DNA of 32,000 nucleotides, from NCBI RefSeq assembly GCF_035285525.1, contig NZ_JAYKGW010000210.1:30001-62000 (forward strand), given 5' to 3'. This DNA comes from Okeania sp. (GTDB taxonomy: Bacteria; Cyanobacteriota; Cyanobacteriia; Cyanobacteriales; Microcoleaceae). Position 1 is the stretch's first letter; each line of letters starts with the position of its first letter. This document shows positions 27,735 through 32,000 of the stretch, in pieces. Under the pieces are notes generated by a model. It was not told where the DNA came from, did no database searches, and was given only the letters and a program-made list of their open reading frames with translations. A program made the position numbers and the translations under genes.

Positions 27735-28135
27735 AACTAATCTTTTACCTGATTGTATTCCCAGTTGAGTATATTCTCTAAAGGTTGTAAATAAAGCGAC
27801 AATAATTCCATAATTAACTGTCTATCTTCTGGCTCTAGACTTTAATTTACTTTCAACATTTTTAGCAAGTTATAGACTAATTATAACACATTAAAATGTA
27901 ATAGATTGTCAACAGATAGATTCCTTAATTCTTTAATAGCTTCTTTAATAGAGGTAAATCTATTCCATAATTTTTCTGATTTTGTCGATTAGTTTCTCTT
28001 TCTAAACCTGCACAAATATCAAATAATGTTCTTAAACAACTACAAATTTCTCTAGGAGTAACTGGATTATTAAATTGTTAGATGTTCCAGTTGGTTCAAA
28101 TGTAGTTGTAAATTTTTTCACCTATTCTCATGCAT
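27735..28135 (-). pseudogene. Decayed ORF of unknown function
   Basis: One minus-strand frame reads SEKLWNRFTSIKEAIKELRNLSVDNLLHFNVL*LVYNLLKMLKVN*SLEPEDRQLIMELLSLYLQPLENILNWEYNQVKD* with two in-frame TAA codons. Upstream protein-like pieces (NPVTPREICSCLRTLFDICAGLERE) lie in other frames. Confidence 0.3.
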
Positions 28136-28532
28136 TCATGCTATACTTTCGTAATACTTTAGTAAGCCTTAATCAACACAAGTCGAATTACTTTTTTGCT
28201 AATTTTAGCTAAGTTAATATTAATTATTTTTATCTTTAACTTCTCCCTTACTCCCCTGCTCAATCAAATTAGGAAACAGGGGGGGGAAGACGCACCGGAC
28301 GGGTCGATCAGGTCAACAGACAACAGTTTCAACCATTTTATATGAATAAATTTTCTGGAATTTCAGCATAAAACCTCACTATTTTGAGGAAAATAAGAGC
28401 CAATAACTAGGAGAATTACTGAATATCAAAAGCTTCTAAACTTTAGGTATCCTGACTTTTAGCTTTCCATAAGCAAGCCCTACTTAGAGATAGTTTTCAT
28501 TATCAATTATTAATTATTAATTATCAATTTCC

Positions 28533-29303
28533 TTATAAATTTTTAAGTTGTGCATCTTGATTAAAAAATTGCCGACATAAACCATAAGTAACTAATAAAC
28601 TTGTCACCAAATTAGCAAAAGCCAAAAGAAACATAATTAACATTTGATATGCTACAGCATCCAGAGGGTTAACACCACTTAATAACTGACCAGTAACAAT
28701 TCCTGGAAGAGTCACTATTCCAATTACCATCATTGAATTTAAAGTAGGTATTAATGCAGCCCGAATAGCATCTTTTCTATACTTAATAACAGCTTGTTCT
28801 GGTGTTGCTCCTAAACTTAAATAAGTTTCAATTTCTACCGAACTAGAATTAACGCTACTAACAAGTCTTTCGCCAGCGATCGCCGCTGCATTCATGGCAT
28901 TTCCTAATACAATTCCCACTAAAGGAATTAAATATTGAGGTTCATACCAACTTTCAGGTTTAATTACTAATAAATTTGTATAACTAATGCTTAATGTTGT
29001 ACTGGTTAAAATTGAACCCCAAACTAAAGGTAATAACCGAGGAATTTTTTGACTAATTCTATTTTTAGCAACCACAGAAGCAACTGTTAACATAACAGCT
29101 AAAATAGTAATAACCAACCAAGGTTGTTTACTTGTAAAAACTATTGCTAATATATAGCCAACAAATATCAGTTGGACAATAGTACGAAATGTCGCTATTA
29201 ATAGTTGCCATTCTAATCCTAATCTTTGCCAAAATGAGAGACCAATAGCAATAGCAATAAGTCCTAAAGCCATAGCTATATCAGTAATTGTTAATGGAAT
29301 CAT
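28533..29303 (-). CDS. ABC-type permease of the YbbM/FetB (UPF0014) family
   Basis: MIPLTITDIAMALGLIAIAIGLSFWQRLGLEWQLLIATFRTIVQLIFVGYIL... followed by multiple TM helices matches the FetB/YbbM family. M19 of the track ORF is taken as the start. No cognate ATPase gene is adjacent. Confidence 0.75.
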   Translation of the reverse strand: MIPLTITDIAMALGLIAIAIGLSFWQRLGLEWQLLIATFRTIVQLIFVGYILAIVFTSKQPWLVITILAVMLTVASVVAKNRISQKIPRLLPLVWGSILTSTTLSISYTNLLVIKPESWYEPQYLIPLVGIVLGNAMNAAAIAGERLVSSVNSSSVEIETYLSLGATPEQAVIKYRKDAIRAALIPTLNSMMVIGIVTLPGIVTGQLLSGVNPLDAVAYQMLIMFLLAFANLVTSLLVTYGLCRQFFNQDAQLKNL

Positions 29304-29644
29304 ATTTATTGTTAAAAATTCAATTTTTACATGAGCAATAATACTAATAAACCTCACCAGAAATATTGGTTTTCAGTGAGGAATTACTAAGCTATATTAA
29401 ATAAGTAAGCGTTATACCATTTCTCTGTAACAATGTGCTTAATAATTTTTACCCAGACCTGAATTTTTCAACAACTGTTACCTTTTATTAAGCGCCACTT
29501 CATAAAGAAATGGTATTAGTAAATAGACTTTATAAATACTAAATATTACTAGTTAATCAGGTGCCATATCTTGAATATTTATGCTCAAAAAACCTTCTGC
29601 CTTCTAACTATTTCTACCCTTATACCTTATCTTAATCTGAGGAT

Positions 29645-30358
29645 TTATTCATGCTCCGTTAGCTCTGAATTTTTAGACTGTTCTCGTTCTTGCTTAATAT
29701 GCTCCACAACCTTTTTAGACAAACTCCGGTGTCGGCGATACCAAGTTGCTCCACCTACTAATAAACCTATTAAACTCAAAGCACCAATAAGTGGTAAAAT
29801 ATCACCTGTTTTTAATGCTTTTAATCCATAACTTCCAAGCATCACAAATGGCAAGACACCAGGAACTGTTCCTATGATTGTCCCCAGTAAATAATCTTTA
29901 AAAGTTACGGAAGTTAAACCAGCAACAAAATTAACCAAACCATAGGGAATAATTGGCAATAGACGAATAGCAGCCATATAAAACATTCCACCCTGGCGAA
30001 TTTCAGCATCCATTGCTTCCCATTTTCCTGCCAGTCTTTTTTTAATAGCTTCCCTTCCCACAGTCCGAGTAAAGATAAATGCAATAATAGCAGCAATAAT
30101 AGCAGCAATACTTGTCCATATTGTCCCGATCCAAGGACCAAAAATTGCACCTCCGGTTAAGTTTAGAGCTGTAGAAGGAAGTAATAAAATTGTGGAAATA
30201 CTATAGATAATAATATAGATTATTGGAGCCCAAATTCCTGCTTTTCTTAACCAGGTTTGGATTGATTCTGGAGCTATTCCACCTAAAAAATATACAGCAA
30301 TACCTGTTGCTACAATACAGATAACAGTAAGTAATAATATTCCCCGCTTGAAATTCAT
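29645..30358 (-). CDS. TVP38/TMEM64 (DedA-related, SNARE-associated) family membrane protein
   Basis: 237 aa. LLLPSTALNLTGGAIFGPWIGTIWTSIAAIIAAIIAFIFTRTVGREAIKKRL and RLLPIIPYGLVNFVAGLTSVTFKDYLLGT are family-typical. Confidence 0.85.
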   Translation of the reverse strand: MNFKRGILLLTVICIVATGIAVYFLGGIAPESIQTWLRKAGIWAPIIYIIIYSISTILLLPSTALNLTGGAIFGPWIGTIWTSIAAIIAAIIAFIFTRTVGREAIKKRLAGKWEAMDAEIRQGGMFYMAAIRLLPIIPYGLVNFVAGLTSVTFKDYLLGTIIGTVPGVLPFVMLGSYGLKALKTGDILPLIGALSLIGLLVGGATWYRRHRSLSKKVVEHIKQEREQSKNSELTEHE

Positions 30359-30409
30359 AGAATTAACTGATTAAATTTGAGAATTAAAACCATTAATTAT
30401 TTATCGTAA

Positions 30410-30587
30410 TTATTCAGCTATTAACAGTCAACAAGAGCGCCAACAATGAATAATTCTTTTGTTAGTTTACAGGAGTATACTTTAGTAATAACTTTTAATT
30501 CTCCTTGCCAACTAATTTTTTATTCCCAAATAATTATATAAGTTGATAAATTAGCTGATAGCTAATAACTGACGGCTGAATGCTTAA
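30410..30587. mobile_element. MITE-like element, family A (left end diverged)
   Basis: The right TIR GCTGATAGCTAATAACTGACGGCTGAATGCTTAA (30554-30587) overlaps the GT2 stop codon. The left end is a weak TTATTCAGCTATTAACAGTCAAC at about 30412. Confidence 0.45.
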
Positions 30588-31567
30588 TATTTATCTTTAA
30601 ATCCATAAGATTCCCGAACTAAATATAAAGGTCTTTTTTTAACTTCATCATGAACTCGACCTAAATATTCTCCCATAACACCCAAAGTGATAAGTTGTAC
30701 TCCTCCCAAAAATAGAGTCACAACCATTAATGAAGCATATCCTGGAACATCAATTCCCAAAATCAAAGTCTTAACTATTAAATATGCAGCGTAAACAAAT
30801 CCAATACAAGATATAAATAATCCAATATAACTCCAGATTTTGAGGGGAACTGCACTAAAAGATGTGATACCCTCAAGAGCAAAGTTCCATAATTTCCAGT
30901 AATTCCATTTTGTTACCCCCTTGTATCGAGCTGGACGATCATATTCTAGGGAAATTTGTTTAAATCCAACCCAAGCAAATAAACCTTTCATAAACCTATG
31001 AGTTTCTGGGAGTTGTTTGATAGCTTCAATCACCTGACGATCCATTAGTCGAAAATCTCCCGTATCTTGGGGAATTTTAATGGGAGTCATCTTTTGAATA
31101 ACACGATAGAAACTATTAGCAGTCATTTGCTTCAGCCAACTTTCTCCAGATCGGGATTTTCTAGTACCATAAACCACATCATATCCTTCTTGCCATTTAG
31201 CCACCATATCCCCAATTAACTCTGGTGGGTCTTGTAGATCGGCATCAATAGGAATTACTGCCTTTCCCATAGCATAGTCCAAACCAGCAGTCATAGCTAC
31301 TTCTTTACCAAAATTACGGGAAAGGTTAATTACCTTAATTAAAGAATTATGCTGATGGTGTTCAATTAAACAATTGAGAGTATTGTCCCGACTTCCATCA
31401 TTTACACAGATAATTTCATAAGTCATATTAAGCGGTTTCAGGACTGAGATTAACCGCTCGAATAGGTAATCAAGATTAGGTTCCTCATTATAACAAGGAA
31501 TAATAATTGATAAATCTATAGTTTTTCCAGGTTGTATATTTTTTAATTCATTACTATAAGTATTCAT
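30584..31567 (-). CDS. Family 2 glycosyltransferase (GtrB/ArnC-like polyprenyl-phosphate glycosyltransferase)
   Basis: 327 aa. LSIIIPCYNEEPNL, VNDGSRDNT and IDADLQDPPELI (the DxD region), plus two C-terminal TM helices, fit this class. Confidence 0.9.
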   Translation of the reverse strand: MNTYSNELKNIQPGKTIDLSIIIPCYNEEPNLDYLFERLISVLKPLNMTYEIICVNDGSRDNTLNCLIEHHQHNSLIKVINLSRNFGKEVAMTAGLDYAMGKAVIPIDADLQDPPELIGDMVAKWQEGYDVVYGTRKSRSGESWLKQMTANSFYRVIQKMTPIKIPQDTGDFRLMDRQVIEAIKQLPETHRFMKGLFAWVGFKQISLEYDRPARYKGVTKWNYWKLWNFALEGITSFSAVPLKIWSYIGLFISCIGFVYAAYLIVKTLILGIDVPGYASLMVVTLFLGGVQLITLGVMGEYLGRVHDEVKKRPLYLVRESYGFKDKY

Positions 31568-31763
31568 TTTTTCCGGTTTGAGAAGAGTGACTATGAAAAA
31601 ATTAAGATTGATTTACTACTTCTGATTAGCAAGATGGAGCTATATTTTATAGTAATCTTATTATAGCATTGCTATAAAATATAACAATCTTAACTGTGAC
31701 TTTGAGAGATTGTAAATTGTTCAGAAATAATGAATACGCAAAAAAACTGTAAAGGAACAAATT

Positions 31764-32000
31764 TTATTTAACTTCAGATTCAGGAGCTTTGGAGATAGTA
31801 TTCATCAAGTATTGTTGTTTTTGGCAGTAAAATGTGAAAATAACTAAGAAAAAAATGCTGATAATACTGATTATTATTCCTAGCAAAAAACTATTAGTTA
31901 TTTGGTAAATCAACTTGAATTGATATGAACCTGGATTTACTGTTAATAAGATTGTTCCATCCTCAGCCATTTCAATAGGATATAATTTATCATTGAAATA
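31764..32000 (-). CDS. C-terminal end of a membrane protein continuing beyond the window (possibly the glycosyltransferase partner of the GT2 gene)
   Basis: The frame stays open from the window edge (YFNDKLYPIEMAEDGTILLTVNPGSYQFKLIY...) through a terminal TM helix to the stop at 31764. The functional guess rests only on synteny with the GT2 gene. Confidence 0.4.
   Translation of the reverse strand, partial: YFNDKLYPIEMAEDGTILLTVNPGSYQFKLIYQITNSFLLGIIISIISIFFLVIFTFYCQKQQYLMNTISKAPESEVK

Noticed and set aside
28272-28278. GGAAACA heptamer (the conserved loop motif of cyanobacterial Yfr2-family sRNAs)
   Set aside because: This is a single occurrence of a 7-mer, partly buried in the predicted stem. 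There is no second motif copy and no terminator, so it is compatible with chance.
29571-30150. ORFs 29571-29831 (+) and 29914-30150 (-, alternative frame)
   Set aside because: Both overlap the well-supported TVP38/TMEM64 CDS, and the L-rich translation is typical of an off-frame membrane gene.

Overview
AT-rich cyanobacterial chromosome segment, most likely from a heterocystous Nostocales-type genome. The evidence is at least a dozen HIP1 palindromes (GCGATCGC, e.g. 1311, 3929, 12603, 20391), abundant heptamer STRR tracts (CAGTTAT, TAGTTAT, TTTTGAA, CTTTTGA) and typical cyanobacterial gene content. I support about 21 apparently intact genes:
- phosphate uptake: pstS and a divergent PiT-like permease
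- regulation: an ECF sigma / anti-sigma pair and a GntR regulator
- metabolism: moaE, pyrB, a gamma-glutamylcyclotransferase, a BadF/GlcNAc-kinase-type ATPase and a pyruvyl-transferase-like protein
- translation: an S1 ribosomal-protein homologue
- membrane and envelope: a FetB-like permease, a TVP38 protein and a GT2 glycosyltransferase
- other: DUF2237 and several hypotheticals

By my tally only about 17 of 32 kb is coding. The rest is a mosaic of at least six families of MITE-like inverted-repeat elements, some nested in each other, plus tandem repeats and decayed genes. The decayed genes are a TauE/SafE permease with a frameshift and a nonsense codon, a PEP-CTERM protein with a nonsense codon, a shredded N6-DNA-methyltransferase and one unidentified remnant. 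This resembles an eroding genome such as the Azolla cyanobiont, but I cannot confirm that without a search.

The most notable feature is a 917-nt ORF-less group II intron (20454-21370, minus strand). It has a canonical 5' end, domain V, domain VI and exon-binding complementarity, and it splits a dienelactone hydrolase gene whose exons join in frame. I found no rRNA, tRNA, CRISPR array, transposase or recognisable intact defence system.
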